A stretch of DNA of 53,474 nt from a virus (IMGVR_UViG_3300045284_000563:1-53474); one strand, 5' to 3'. Shown: positions 33,613 through 43,831, counted from the stretch's first letter. Notes: a model not told the origin generated them from the sequence alone. A program made the numbers and translations.

Positions 33613-34722
33613 ATGTCTTCCATTGAGAGTGCAAAAGACGCGGATGAGCCGACCGTCGAGGTGGTGCCCGCTGGCACCGAGCTCGTCTTGGCTCCGTCCG
33701 AGGCCCTCACGGCGGCTCGCCAGCGAGCGGACGAGTACCGGCGGCACACGAAGGCCAGCGAGACCCAGAGGGGCTACAAGGGTGACTGGGAGCGTTTTCT
33801 GGCCTGGGCGACGGCCAACGGGGCAGTGGCGCTGCCCGCCACCCCCGAGACCGTCTCGCTACATCTGGTGTGGCTCGCCGACAGGGGCCTGAGCGTCGGA
33901 ACCATCGAGCGTTTTCTGACGTCGGCGCGGCACTACCACCGCGCGGCCGGCCTCGACTTCCCTCGAAACGCCTACGTCGTTTCTGAGACCCTCAAGGGGA
34001 TTCGACGCACCGTGGGGGTGAAACGCACCAAGAGAGCCCCTCTCGGACTCAGGGCGCTTTCAGAGGCGTGCGAACGCGCCCTGCGTGAGGCCGAGCACCG
34101 TGGCGAACCGGACGTAGGACTGCAACGACGAGCGATGCTCACCGTTGGGTGGTGGTGCATGCTCAGAAGCGCCAACTTGGTGGCTATCCAACGCGAGCAC
34201 GTGCGGCTCGTGCGGGTCGAGGACGACGAGTGGGTTGACGACAGCGACCGACCCAACGGGCTCATCCTGCATCTTCCGGGTAGTAAGACAGACCAACTCA
34301 AGAAGGGGCGCGACGTCGCGGTTCATGCGCAGGCAGACGAATCGGTGTGCCCGGTGCGTGCGCTCGCCGCGTACTTTAACTCCAACCGGTTCGAGGCCGG
34401 AGAGCTCATTTTTCCAGTGAGTCCTCGCACGATCTCGCGGCTCATCAAACGACTCGTTGCGAACCCAGCTCATGGGCACACGACAATGCGTCAAATCGCT
34501 GAGTGCGAAGCGTGCGCGACGGCTGCTCGTAGATTTGCGAGCCACAGTTTGCGCCGGGGCTCGGCCACCAAGCTCTCGCGCGAAGGCGTTTCTGATCGTG
34601 AGATCATGCGGCAAGGCGGGTGGAAGAGCGAGAAGGTGATGCGGGGCTACGTCGAGGACGCGACGCTCTTCGAGAACAACCCGACGAAGGGGTTAGCGAA
34701 AAAGAAGGAAGAACCTAAATGA
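33613..34722 (+). CDS. Cre-like tyrosine recombinase
   Basis: SAM-like N-domain (T.RGY..DW..F..W), LRSAN, SKTDQ, SHSLRRG, GGWKS..M..Y. Confidence 0.92.
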   Translation: MSSIESAKDADEPTVEVVPAGTELVLAPSEALTAARQRADEYRRHTKASETQRGYKGDWERFLAWATANGAVALPATPETVSLHLVWLADRGLSVGTIERFLTSARHYHRAAGLDFPRNAYVVSETLKGIRRTVGVKRTKRAPLGLRALSEACERALREAEHRGEPDVGLQRRAMLTVGWWCMLRSANLVAIQREHVRLVRVEDDEWVDDSDRPNGLILHLPGSKTDQLKKGRDVAVHAQADESVCPVRALAAYFNSNRFEAGELIFPVSPRTISRLIKRLVANPAHGHTTMRQIAECEACATAARRFASHSLRRGSATKLSREGVSDREIMRQGGWKSEKVMRGYVEDATLFENNPTKGLAKKKEEPK

Positions 34723-35047
34723 AAAAACGTCTCAGCGCTCAGGAGGAAGAGGAGTTTTTTCGACACCTCGGGGGCGTCTCTTGGATCATCGTCGTCCGTT
34801 ATCTGCGGCACGTGATTATTTGCGTGTCAATCAACTCAAGGGAATGGATCGCGAGGCGAGTGAATTTCTCGTCGATGTCGCTCACGTGAGACAGAGTGGC
34901 GACTTTACGTTGGAGGATCTTTTCATCAAGTGGGGGCTGGTAGCAACCTGGCATCCCAGCGACAGTCTCGACGGCGACAACAGAGCGGCTGAAATGAACG
35001 TGCGGGTGGCGCAGTCGAGTCGCGATGCGCGAAAGGCGCCTCGATGA
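34719..35047 (+). CDS. Hypothetical protein, apparently frameshifted
   Basis: Coupled ATG 34719 frame (MKKRLSAQEEEEFF) joins the 34781..35047 frame only by a -1 shift at T6 or G5. Confidence 0.4.
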
Positions 35048-35301
35048 CCATGTTCCGCGATCTCACAACCCAGATTCGCATCGCGCTCGCGACGCATCCG
35101 AAGGTCACCATCAACCACCCCAAGCCGAAGCAGCTCTGGCGCTGGTTGAAGAAAGAGCTCCCGGTGTGCGACGTCACCTTCGACGACCACGCCGTGCACG
35201 TGACCTGGAAGGCCGGCGAAGGGGAAACGGATGAGGGTGAGAAGTTGATCCCGGGGCAGTACGTCGAGGTCGTCTTGGCGGAAGGGACGACTCGCCGATG
35301 A
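35044..35301 (+). CDS. Hypothetical protein
   Basis: Coupled ORF. Confidence 0.55.
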   Translation: MTMFRDLTTQIRIALATHPKVTINHPKPKQLWRWLKKELPVCDVTFDDHAVHVTWKAGEGETDEGEKLIPGQYVEVVLAEGTTRR

Positions 35302-35603
35302 ACGCTAGCCGATCTTGCCCCCATTGCGCCGCCAACGGCATCGTAGCGACGTTGGAGTTGACAACCACTGCACGTGGGCAGGTCGAACGGTGCTGGCAGT
35401 GCGGGGGCGAGTACGCCGGAGATGATTTGGTTTGGCCGAAGTTTTGCGAGTTATGCGTCGATCCGATCAACAAGCCGCACATCGACGAAGACGGTACGAG
35501 GCGTTGGCGTGCGTGTCCGAACCTAGCAACGAGGAAGGTTCTCGACGACAGCGGGCGAGAGCTCAACGTCTGTGAAGAACATTTTGGAAAGGAGGCACAA
35601 TGA
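35298..35603 (+). CDS. Cys-rich Zn-binding protein
   Basis: CPHC, CWQC, CELC, CEEH. Confidence 0.6.
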   Translation: MNASRSCPHCAANGIVATLELTTTARGQVERCWQCGGEYAGDDLVWPKFCELCVDPINKPHIDEDGTRRWRACPNLATRKVLDDSGRELNVCEEHFGKEAQ

Positions 35604-35881
35604 ACGCCAGTCGACGTCGAAAGAAAGTCGAGCGAAAGGTGCTCGTCGGTCTCTCGCGCGATGAGGCTATGAACCGCGCGCAGAAAATCGCCGATGCCGC
35701 AGCGAAGAAACTTCCGCGCGGCGTTCGCGTTGTTGTCGCCGTGACGGACGTTACAGGTGAGTGGGTCGGCGTCGGGAGCAACACGAACCCGAAGGACATC
35801 GAAGCAATTCTCAGATCCGCGCTGCTAGGTGTCGACAAGAGCGAACCGAAGATCATCGAAGTAGAAGGAGAAAGCACATGA
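35600..35881 (+). CDS. Hypothetical protein
   Basis: Coupled, RBS AGGAGG. Confidence 0.6.
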   Translation: MNASRRRKKVERKVLVGLSRDEAMNRAQKIADAAAKKLPRGVRVVVAVTDVTGEWVGVGSNTNPKDIEAILRSALLGVDKSEPKIIEVEGEST

Positions 35882-36552
35882 ACGTCGAACCGTTGAAAGC
35901 TAGCTACAGTGAGGCGAGGCGCGCGCAGCGCGAGTACGCAGCGTCGGTCCGGAAGTTGAGGCAAGCGCGTCTCGACAAAGCAGAAGGCAATCTCGCCCGT
36001 GCGCGTCTCGCCAAGACGGCGATCGAGCGCGAAGACGAGGCGCTCAAGAAGGCGTACGCAGCCATCGCTGCCGGGTGCCGTGTCTTCAACATGAACACGG
36101 TACTTCGGGACGCGGGGCTTTTCGAAGGCACGCACATGCCGAAGATCGCAATCGTTCGTGCCGATGCGCAGACCGTGCAATTCCGTCGAGCAATGGGCGG
36201 TGATACGTGTCGCTTTGTCGGCTCTCGTCGCGGATACCCGCATGACATCGAATCCAAGCACACGATGTTTGCGCAATCACTGTTCGGCGAGAAGGTCACT
36301 TGGGACTGGCGTCGAGCACACAACATCTGGCAGATCGAACAATACGAAGCCGTCGTGCCGTTCATCCCGCCGCGCTTTCGTCCGGCGAATCTCGAGAACT
36401 ACTTCGTCATGTGGGAGCCGATCTGGAAGAAGGTTCCACCGCAGCCCGACCCGTTTCTCTTGCGTCCGCTCGGTAGCAGGCTCTTCGCCGTCGTCGCGCA
36501 ATGGGACATGACGCCGCTCGAACAATCGATTCTCGAGGGCAGGATCGGATGA
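35878..36552 (+). CDS. Hypothetical phage protein
   Basis: P..AI.RAD...VP.IPP..RP...Y.VMWE..W...DPFLL......AVVAQWD.T.LE. Confidence 0.7.
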   Translation: MNVEPLKASYSEARRAQREYAASVRKLRQARLDKAEGNLARARLAKTAIEREDEALKKAYAAIAAGCRVFNMNTVLRDAGLFEGTHMPKIAIVRADAQTVQFRRAMGGDTCRFVGSRRGYPHDIESKHTMFAQSLFGEKVTWDWRRAHNIWQIEQYEAVVPFIPPRFRPANLENYFVMWEPIWKKVPPQPDPFLLRPLGSRLFAVVAQWDMTPLEQSILEGRIG

Positions 36553-36905
36553 AAAAGACCGCCATCGACGACCACCCCACCGTCCTCGAGCTCCGCAAAG
36601 ACACCGAAGCGTTGAAGCATCTCGCCGAGCTCGAGGAGGAAGTACGTATCCCGCCCGAGCGCGGGGGCTACCATTTCTCGGAGTGGGAGAAGAGTTTCAT
36701 CGGGAGCGTCCGCGAGCAGCACGATAGGACGCTCGACTTCACCGAAGCGCAGCGAGCCAAGATCAAAGAGATCTGGCAGGCGTCCGATCTCAAGAAGCGC
36801 GCGAGCCCGGACGAGAAGGTCGAGAACCTGTTTTCGGCGTTGAGTCCGGCGCGGCAGGCAGAACAACGCGCACGCGCGGCAAAGGTGAAATTTCCATGGG
36901 AATAG
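36549..36905 (+). CDS. Hypothetical protein
   Basis: SEWEKSFIGSV....T..Q...I..I pattern. Confidence 0.6.
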   Translation: MKKTAIDDHPTVLELRKDTEALKHLAELEEEVRIPPERGGYHFSEWEKSFIGSVREQHDRTLDFTEAQRAKIKEIWQASDLKKRASPDEKVENLFSALSPARQAEQRARAAKVKFPWE

Positions 36906-37309
36906 TGCTTTGGGCCTCGTTCGGTTTCTACTACGCGATCGGCTTCTTCATGAGTCTCTATGTCGTAGATAAAAACGGAGCACCCCCGTCGCTCTGGTAC
37001 GTACCGTTCATCGCGCTTGTGTGGCCGGTGCTTCTCATCATGAGCATGGATTGAAAGGAAACTGAGATGTCGAAGTCAAAAGTAAAAACTGGGCGTTTCT
37101 GGTTCGATCGAATTCGCAAGCAACCCGCGGCGCCGCCCCGTAAGCCGAAGAGCACGACGATACTGGGCAAGAAGAAGCCGGCGAAATGAACTGTCGTGAG
37201 CCACTCAGGACGGATCGCTGAGGCACTCGCGGTCCTGATTGTTTATGGTGTCGCCTTTTGGGCGATACTCAATGGGTGGCGCCCACCGGGCGCAGACTAG
37301 GCGAACGTC

Positions 37310-37588
37310 GTGACCTATCGATGCGGCATCAGCGGTTTCGGCGTGGAGCGGCCACCGACAATCACATGCGATGGGTGCGGTGTTCGCGTCGAGATTCGCT
37401 CGTTGCCGCCGAAGTGGTTTTTGGACGGCAAAGCAAAGCCCGGGTGGAAATTGGTGCGCCACGAGGAGAAACCGGGCGGCGGTTTCCGGATGCGCTCGGA
37501 CTATTGCCCGGAGTGCAAGGATAGAACCCCCAACCCCGCGAGCGGGGAGGAAGCAATGTGGCGCCTGCGCGGTGGTGGGCTCAACTGA
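37310..37588 (+). CDS. Small Zn-binding protein
   Basis: CDGC...DYCPEC. Confidence 0.5.
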   Translation: MTYRCGISGFGVERPPTITCDGCGVRVEIRSLPPKWFLDGKAKPGWKLVRHEEKPGGGFRMRSDYCPECKDRTPNPASGEEAMWRLRGGGLN

Positions 37589-37916
37589 ACGCGCCGACGC
37601 CGTGCCAGTCGTTGACGCCTTGCGGGGGCGGCGGCTCGGTCTTTGATTGATCGCCGGATAGGCGCCAGCCCGATCGAGCGCCCGCGAAAAGGGCCGTGGC
37701 GGCCGCGGCCGCGATCGCGAACGGGAACCAGCCGGGGAGATCGTGCTTCTTCCGAGCCATGCGTGTAGAATAACCGAACGACGATGGCGAAGGAACGGGC
37801 GATTTGCAAACGGTGCCACCGGCTACAGATCGTGGGATCGCACGTGGGGGCGAATCCTCTACTCAGGCCCGGTTACTGCGCGTCTTGCTCGGAAGCGATC
37901 AATAGCGCCGAGACAC

Positions 37917-39278
37917 CTAGGCGTGCGCGCTCATCTTCGGGTACGGCGGATAAACCCCGGCCCTCGCAGTAACCGTCGGTTTCGGAGCGACCCTCGGTGG
38001 CGGTGCGGTCACCACGACCGGCTTTTTCGCAGGCGTCGTCTCGTGAACCTGCACGAGATGCTTCGGCGCTGTCTTCGCTTTGATGTACGCAGCGAGCTGC
38101 TTCTGCTGATCGGGAGTGAGCCTTGCGAGTGCGATGTAGGCGATGAGGTCTTTTTGCTCTTGCGGCGTGAGCTTGGCGAGCTGCGCCATGGCGTCCGAGT
38201 TCTTCGCCGCCGTTACGGCCTTCGTCGCTGTGTTGACCGTCGCCTCGTTCGTGCCCATCCGTCTTGCGATTTCGGACGCCGCCAGGTTGGCAATCTCGGG
38301 GTGATTGACGATCGCCGTCGCGACGCGCGTTGCTTCGGGCGGTATCGATCTCGCGACCTCGGTGAGCATCGGCGGGAGCGCAATCTTGTTGAGCTGCCCC
38401 GCGGCAAAGCTCGCAGCCTCGTTGACGAGCGCTTGCTGCACGTTCTGGCCATGCGCGATGGCTGCGCCGACGTCGAATGCCTTTTTGGCTGCGTCGCTTG
38501 GAAGCGCTTCGCGCGCCGCGGCGAGGGCGATCTCGTCGAGGGGCTGACCGTTCGCCACAGCCTTGACCGCGCCGTAGGCGACATCGAAACCCTTCGAGGC
38601 GAGTGCACCACCCGGCAGGGCGTTCTTCGCACCGGCCACGATAGCGTCGGTGATGTTCTCGCCGTTCGCGAGCGCGGCGCCCGCGGCGATCGCTGCGTTG
38701 ACGCCCGTGCCGATGACGGGTACGAACGACATGACGGCTTGCACCGCTTTCGCGATGTCGGACGGAGACACAGACACGCTCGTGACGACGAGGCTCTGGT
38801 TTCCTGTCGCCGCCCTGGCCGCCGCCTGCACAACCTTCGTGGGGTTGAATACGTCGAGCGGAGACGACTTGTTCGCGTAGTAGGCGTTGACGCGCGCTTG
38901 CACGATGTTCGATGCACCCTTGAGCGCCGCTTCGGTCTCCGCCGTCGTGAGCGGCGCACCTTTCTTGATCATCGCGTCGAGCAAGTAGTGATGCATCTCG
39001 AAGAGCATCTGGTCTTGTTTTTGGAGCCCTTTGATCGCTTCGGTCACCTGCGTGCCGATGAGATCGAGCATCTGCTGCGACGGAAGCTGACCTGGATGCG
39101 CGCGGCTCCAGTCGGCCATTGCGACCCGTGTGGGGCGATACCATCCCTGTGGGATGGTCTGAAATGCAGGCTGCACGGCGCTTACCCCTAGCTCTGTGAA
39201 GCCGATATCGCCGAACGAGAGCGCTCCGAAGTCCCAGCCGAGCGCTAGCGCAACTTGTGACGTGTGTTGTGCGTGCAT
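37917..39278 (-). CDS. Ala-rich putative virion/membrane protein
   Basis: 453 aa, Ala-rich helices, VPVIGTGVNAAIAAG hydrophobic segment. Confidence 0.65.
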   Translation of the reverse strand: MHAQHTSQVALALGWDFGALSFGDIGFTELGVSAVQPAFQTIPQGWYRPTRVAMADWSRAHPGQLPSQQMLDLIGTQVTEAIKGLQKQDQMLFEMHHYLLDAMIKKGAPLTTAETEAALKGASNIVQARVNAYYANKSSPLDVFNPTKVVQAAARAATGNQSLVVTSVSVSPSDIAKAVQAVMSFVPVIGTGVNAAIAAGAALANGENITDAIVAGAKNALPGGALASKGFDVAYGAVKAVANGQPLDEIALAAAREALPSDAAKKAFDVGAAIAHGQNVQQALVNEAASFAAGQLNKIALPPMLTEVARSIPPEATRVATAIVNHPEIANLAASEIARRMGTNEATVNTATKAVTAAKNSDAMAQLAKLTPQEQKDLIAYIALARLTPDQQKQLAAYIKAKTAPKHLVQVHETTPAKKPVVVTAPPPRVAPKPTVTARAGVYPPYPKMSAHA

Positions 39279-39288
39279 GGTGTCCTTC

Positions 39289-39717
39289 TCAAAACCATTC
39301 GCTGATTAGCGATTCGATCTTCGCGAGAATCGTGACGCCGTGATGGTAACCCCACGGTCGTGTCTCGCCTCCAGGCGGATGGTAGTGTTGCTCTATCCAC
39401 GTCGCGTACGTTTTGCCGTTTCCAGCGATGAACGGCGCGAGCGCTCCGTACTGCATCGAGGTGAAGCCTGGTGTTGATCGAAGCACGTTCGCGCTAATCG
39501 CGAGCTCGGGCAGAGCCGAGACCTCGGAACCCGTTGCCCGACGCCAACCAGACGGAACCGAAAGTGGAACGATGGTGCTCTCGCCGTAGGTCGGTGATGG
39601 GGTCACCGGAGGTACTGGTGCTGGAAGCGCCTCTCGTGCTTTCGCATTTCGGCTCCATAGAAATATGCCCGAGGACGCTGCCAGAGCTCCGAGCGAGATG
39701 ACGAGCAACGTATTCAA
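39289..39717 (-). CDS. N-terminally anchored protein
   Basis: TM, Pro linker, E.HYHPPGG..RPWG.H.GVT. Confidence 0.6.
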   Translation of the reverse strand: MNTLLVISLGALAASSGIFLWSRNAKAREALPAPVPPVTPSPTYGESTIVPLSVPSGWRRATGSEVSALPELAISANVLRSTPGFTSMQYGALAPFIAGNGKTYATWIEQHYHPPGGETRPWGYHHGVTILAKIESLISEWF

Positions 39718-40277
39718 GGTTCATATCTCCTGAACATGGGGTAGGTCGGCTCCGGCGGCGGAAGTGGTCGCGGCTCGGGGCGCCCGGAGAGCCACCTATA
39801 GGCGCCGTAACCCGCTGCGGCGACAATTGCGAGCACCCCCACCGTTGCGGCCACCACCCTTCCGTTCTTTTCTCTTGGAATCGGTGGTGTCACCGGTTGC
39901 GGGATGATCGGAGGCCCCCCGTGGGGCGGATAGACGACGTGCGAGTACCACTTCAGATAAGATTCGTTCTTGAACGTAGACCACGGTTTCCATGTGACGC
40001 CGCCGTTAGAAACCGCCAGCGCCGCGCGTGCGTTGTACTGCGGATTAAGCAAGCTCAGCGGGTCGTACTGCGGGTTCCATGTCGTGTTGATCTGCCAAAG
40101 ACCGAAGCTCGTGCTAGTGCCGTTGAGCCTGTTGCACGGGTGCACGCCGATGTTCGGATCACCTTGTGCGCACGGGTTGCCTCCGCTCTCAGCCATCGCT
40201 ACCGCTGCTGCGAGCACTGGATCTGGAAATCCAGTTGCAGCGGCCAGATCTTGAAGGTCTTTCAGTGAGTAGATCAC
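39714..40277 (-). CDS. Lytic transglycosylase (SLT-like) with C-terminal TM
   Basis: AVAMAESGGNP.A, GLWQIN, L.NP..NA.AA...W.PWST. Confidence 0.88.
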   Translation of the reverse strand: MIYSLKDLQDLAAATGFPDPVLAAAVAMAESGGNPCAQGDPNIGVHPCNRLNGTSTSFGLWQINTTWNPQYDPLSLLNPQYNARAALAVSNGGVTWKPWSTFKNESYLKWYSHVVYPPHGGPPIIPQPVTPPIPREKNGRVVAATVGVLAIVAAAGYGAYRWLSGRPEPRPLPPPEPTYPMFRRYEP

Positions 40278-40849
40278 ACGGTTCTTTGCAGCGGCAAAAG
40301 ATCATTGCGGCCTAGCGTTTGTAATATTTCGTGCGCCCACGGCGCGTACGAAGTCGGGTGGAGTCCGTCGGAAGCGAGTGGTGTGTTGGTCGCCGGCACT
40401 GTCGGTATTCCGAGCGCAGCAATGGCTTTGCGTGTGGCGGGCGCGTTGACGGATGCCGGCGGCTCGATCCACACGGCGCGCGCCCCGATACCTTGAATGC
40501 CTCGCACCAGTGTCTGGTAGTGCCCGCTGTTCGGCGAAGATCCGTCGTTTACTCCGAGCGAGACGAGCACGATGTCGGGCTTGAACGTCGTGAGCCAATC
40601 GCCACAGTTTGCGCACGCCGCGTTGTGGTTGGCCCATTGCCAAGTGGTCGTGCCCACATGTCCTTCCGCGCGAAATTCAGGGAACAGTTTCGCGAGCTCG
40701 GGTCCAAGTCCAACTGCGTAAGAGTCTCCGATAAGAGCTACCCTAGGCGACGTCATGCCCTCCTGACGTCGTTTGACCCCAATCACGGCTACGCCGAGAG
40801 CGCCGAGCGCGAGCCCGCTGGCAGCGACGATTTTCCACGGAAAGCCCAC
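40274..40849 (-). CDS. SGNH/GDSL hydrolase with N-terminal anchor
   Basis: IGDSY, LGVND, DGLHP. Confidence 0.88.
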   Translation of the reverse strand: MGFPWKIVAASGLALGALGVAVIGVKRRQEGMTSPRVALIGDSYAVGLGPELAKLFPEFRAEGHVGTTTWQWANHNAACANCGDWLTTFKPDIVLVSLGVNDGSSPNSGHYQTLVRGIQGIGARAVWIEPPASVNAPATRKAIAALGIPTVPATNTPLASDGLHPTSYAPWAHEILQTLGRNDLLPLQRTV

Positions 40850-40898
40850 GGTCTCACGATTCTACTTGACTCTGATCTGTAGGTCGATGACGGCGTTT

Positions 40899-41150
40899 CT
40901 AAGGCCAGAATGCCGCGTATTTTTGCTCGCCAGCATGGACGTAGAGCGCGATCGCGCTGCGCTCGTCGTACTGCCATTCGAACCCGTTCCACATCCACCG
41001 GTAGAGCTTCGTGATGCCCGGCGTGCCGCGTTGCACGTCGTTTTCGTACTGCCAGAGCTGCTCGTCGGTGAGCTCTTGCATCGGCACCCACTGGCCGCCG
41101 TCGTGCATGCCGGGGCGTACCGCCCACCATATAAACCAGTGCGGGTTCAT
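40899..41150 (-). CDS. Trp-rich hypothetical protein
   Basis: ATG 41150 coupled to the upstream stop. Confidence 0.5.
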   Translation of the reverse strand: MNPHWFIWWAVRPGMHDGGQWVPMQELTDEQLWQYENDVQRGTPGITKLYRWMWNGFEWQYDERSAIALYVHAGEQKYAAFWP

Positions 41151-41785
41151 TGTTTGAAGATGGTCAAGGACCAGGTGAGCCCTTCGAGTAGTGTGTCGGC
41201 TTGCACACCGGCGAAAAACCGAGCTACCCAGGCGGGAGTAAGAACATCGCCGTTCGTCAGGGAGATCAACCTGATGGTCGTGAGACTCAGATTGAAATCG
41301 TCGACGATCGACGCACACACTTGGCCTGCCGCTATCGCGCCGGCACTGAACGCCGCTGTCGTCAAAACGTCTCCGTTCTTGTCGATGGCGAATCCGTAGA
41401 ACGTGACGGACGCGCCGTCGTCTTTCTCGACGGAGCTACCGCAAGTCGATAAGACACTCACGTTTGGACCTGTGTACGTGAGTGTTCCGTTCGCTCCGAG
41501 CGCGAACGATCCGGTCGCATCGGTTAGATCGAAGTCGGCTGCGACTGCGGTGACGGGAACGTAGACGTTGTCGTTTCCGTTGGTGCCTATGGTCAGATCG
41601 GCGTTTACCAGCCGTAACCACGCGGTGCCGATGACTCCTGTCGGTCCCGTCGGTCCAGTTGGCCCTGGCGGCCCTACGCTTCCGGGACCGGTCGGACCGG
41701 TCGGGCCGATTGTTCCCGACGGGCCAACGCCCCGCTCGGGGTATGTCTCTCGACCGCGAGAGTTTCTACCGATGACGTAGGGCAA
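41147..41785 (-). CDS. Collagen-like (GPT) fibre/decoration protein with beta C-domain
   Basis: GPTGPTGPG repeats; N-terminal IGR..RGRETYPE motif. Confidence 0.75.
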   Translation of the reverse strand: MPYVIGRNSRGRETYPERGVGPSGTIGPTGPTGPGSVGPPGPTGPTGPTGVIGTAWLRLVNADLTIGTNGNDNVYVPVTAVAADFDLTDATGSFALGANGTLTYTGPNVSVLSTCGSSVEKDDGASVTFYGFAIDKNGDVLTTAAFSAGAIAAGQVCASIVDDFNLSLTTIRLISLTNGDVLTPAWVARFFAGVQADTLLEGLTWSLTIFKQ

Positions 41786-41881
41786 GTGCGGATCCTTGAG
41801 GCCCTTCTAACCCCTCGGATTCTACTCGACAACGAGCGGGCGCAACCACTTTCGTTTGTATCTAGCGGATAGTAGAGACTT

Positions 41882-42589
41882 CTAGCGCCACGCGGATGTG
41901 TGTTTGCGCCAGAAAACGCCGGTCCAGTCGATGCGTGTGAGCGGCTCCGTGATCCCGTGCCTCTCCCGAAAATCGTCCGTAGCGGTGCGTGCACCGATGA
42001 GCGAGTAGTCGTCGACGATGACAAATCCGCCCGGTGAAACGCGACCGTAGAGCGCCTCGAGTGTTTGGATCGTCGACCCGTACATGTCACCGTCTAGTCG
42101 AAGGATTGCGAGTTGCTTCACAGGTCCCGGTAGTGTGTCTTTGAACCACCCCTTGAGAAATACGACGCGCTCGTCGAGCAAGTCGTATTTCAAGAAGTTC
42201 TTGCGCACTTCGTCGATGCTGACACGAAGGGCGTCGACCGTGTGGTGGCCGTCTCCTCGATCTACCGGGTAGCGATCTTGATCAGGTGGCGGGAGTCCGG
42301 CGAAAGAGTCAGCGACCCAGACAACACGATCTTCTTTTTCTTCGAGGTCGAGAAGCGCGCGCATGAAGATGCATGCGCCTCCGCGCCACACTCCGGCCTC
42401 TAAAAAGTCGCCCGGCACGTGGTCGGCGAACACGGCGCGGGCGCATTCTTCGATGTTGTCGAGGCGGACGTGGCCGATCATTGTCTCGGCCGTCTCAGGC
42501 CAGTCGCCGCCCCACATGCGTCGAAGTTTCGCTTCTCCTTCGAGTTGTGCGCTGTCGGTAAGGCGACCTTTGAGATCTTCCAGATCCAT
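41882..42589 (-). CDS. TylF/MycF/NovP-family sugar O-methyltransferase
   Basis: TMIG..RL, GDFLEAGVWRGG, ADSFAGLP, GWFKDTL, LRLDGDMY.ST, DDY. Confidence 0.93.
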   Translation of the reverse strand: MDLEDLKGRLTDSAQLEGEAKLRRMWGGDWPETAETMIGHVRLDNIEECARAVFADHVPGDFLEAGVWRGGACIFMRALLDLEEKEDRVVWVADSFAGLPPPDQDRYPVDRGDGHHTVDALRVSIDEVRKNFLKYDLLDERVVFLKGWFKDTLPGPVKQLAILRLDGDMYGSTIQTLEALYGRVSPGGFVIVDDYSLIGARTATDDFRERHGITEPLTRIDWTGVFWRKHTSAWR

Positions 42590-43831
42590 CTACTTGCGTT
42601 TCAGGATCGTGAGGCCGTTGTTGTTTCGGAAGCGTTCTACCACCTGCCACTCTGGGTGCGCGGCGACGAACTCTTCCACGGCGGTCCATAGCCCCGGCCT
42701 GGTGCTGTCCTCGCTCATGTCTCCGAAGACTTCGGTGTCGTGCATGATGATGTACTTCTTCGCGCACACTCCGTGCTTTTCTAGTTCAGCCTTGAGCTGC
42801 CGATAGACGTGGTAGGTGTCGATGAAGAGCAGATCGACGGGCTCGATCGTCAAGTCGAGCGTGTCTCTGCGCTCGAACGCGAGATCGGTTCCGGCCTCTT
42901 TCGCGAGTTTCCCTTGCAGTGCGAAGTCGGCGTCGCGGATGTCGTAGCAACGGAGTTTTTTCGGTCTGGCGCGCAGGAACGCCCAAGTGGAACGGCCGAT
43001 GCCGAATTCGGTCACGCTTTCACATTCTTTGGCGTACTTGCAGAGCGTCTCCATGTGCTCGTTGATGTCTGCGGGGGTGTCTCGAAAGAGTACGAAGTGT
43101 CGTTCGATTTCGTCCATGGTTCCGTTCCTGATCCCATCTCCGATGTTGTGGCAAACTTTTTCCAGGTAAGTGTCCCAAATTTCACGTTCGCGATTGACGA
43201 TAGGCGTCCGCTCGTGCACGTGTCCGGTGCTGACCCCACCACGGTGCCAGCAGACTAGATCGCGTAGTGTTACGCCGTGCCAACCGGCTTTTGACAAGAG
43301 CGTGTGGATCCAACCGTCGCCGTACCAAATGAGAAGCTCGGCAGGTACCGGGAAGGCAAGCTCGGTCGCTCTGCGCGTCATGGCGAAGAAGGATCCGCCG
43401 GTGCCTTGCGTGTCGGTCGGTTCAACGGAGGGGGTGTAGTGTCGATCGATCTCTTCGACGTTGTGAACAATGCGCCCGAACCATAACTCGTTTTCGTTGT
43501 TCTTTTTTGCCTGCTCGTAGCGCATCAACAGCGACTCCGCCCAACCAGGAGCCGTTGCGAGATCAGCGTTTGCGACCACGAAGATCTCGGCGCTCGAGGC
43601 GAGAAATCGCGCCGCGAGCTCGTTCCAGGCCGGGTAGACGTACACATTTTTTTCGTGTCGAATTATCGAAATCTCGTTCGACATCTCGTAGAGCGCCAGC
43701 TTCACATCGGTCGAGCCTCCGTTGTCGACCGCAACCACATCCACCGAGGGGTGTTGGAAAGAGCGCAACGCCTTGAGCAAGAGCTCGCGATCTTCTGCAA
43801 AGCAAGCGGTGCCCAGCATAATTCGCGTCAT
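42590..43831 (-). CDS. GT2-like glycosyltransferase fused to class I SAM methyltransferase
   Basis: VDNG, N..V..AWN, NAD, WYGD.W; then DINEH, EFG, DLLFIDT.H, HDT, NNNGLT. Confidence 0.8.
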   Translation of the reverse strand: MTRIMLGTACFAEDRELLLKALRSFQHPSVDVVAVDNGGSTDVKLALYEMSNEISIIRHEKNVYVYPAWNELAARFLASSAEIFVVANADLATAPGWAESLLMRYEQAKKNNENELWFGRIVHNVEEIDRHYTPSVEPTDTQGTGGSFFAMTRRATELAFPVPAELLIWYGDGWIHTLLSKAGWHGVTLRDLVCWHRGGVSTGHVHERTPIVNREREIWDTYLEKVCHNIGDGIRNGTMDEIERHFVLFRDTPADINEHMETLCKYAKECESVTEFGIGRSTWAFLRARPKKLRCYDIRDADFALQGKLAKEAGTDLAFERRDTLDLTIEPVDLLFIDTYHVYRQLKAELEKHGVCAKKYIIMHDTEVFGDMSEDSTRPGLWTAVEEFVAAHPEWQVVERFRNNNGLTILKRK

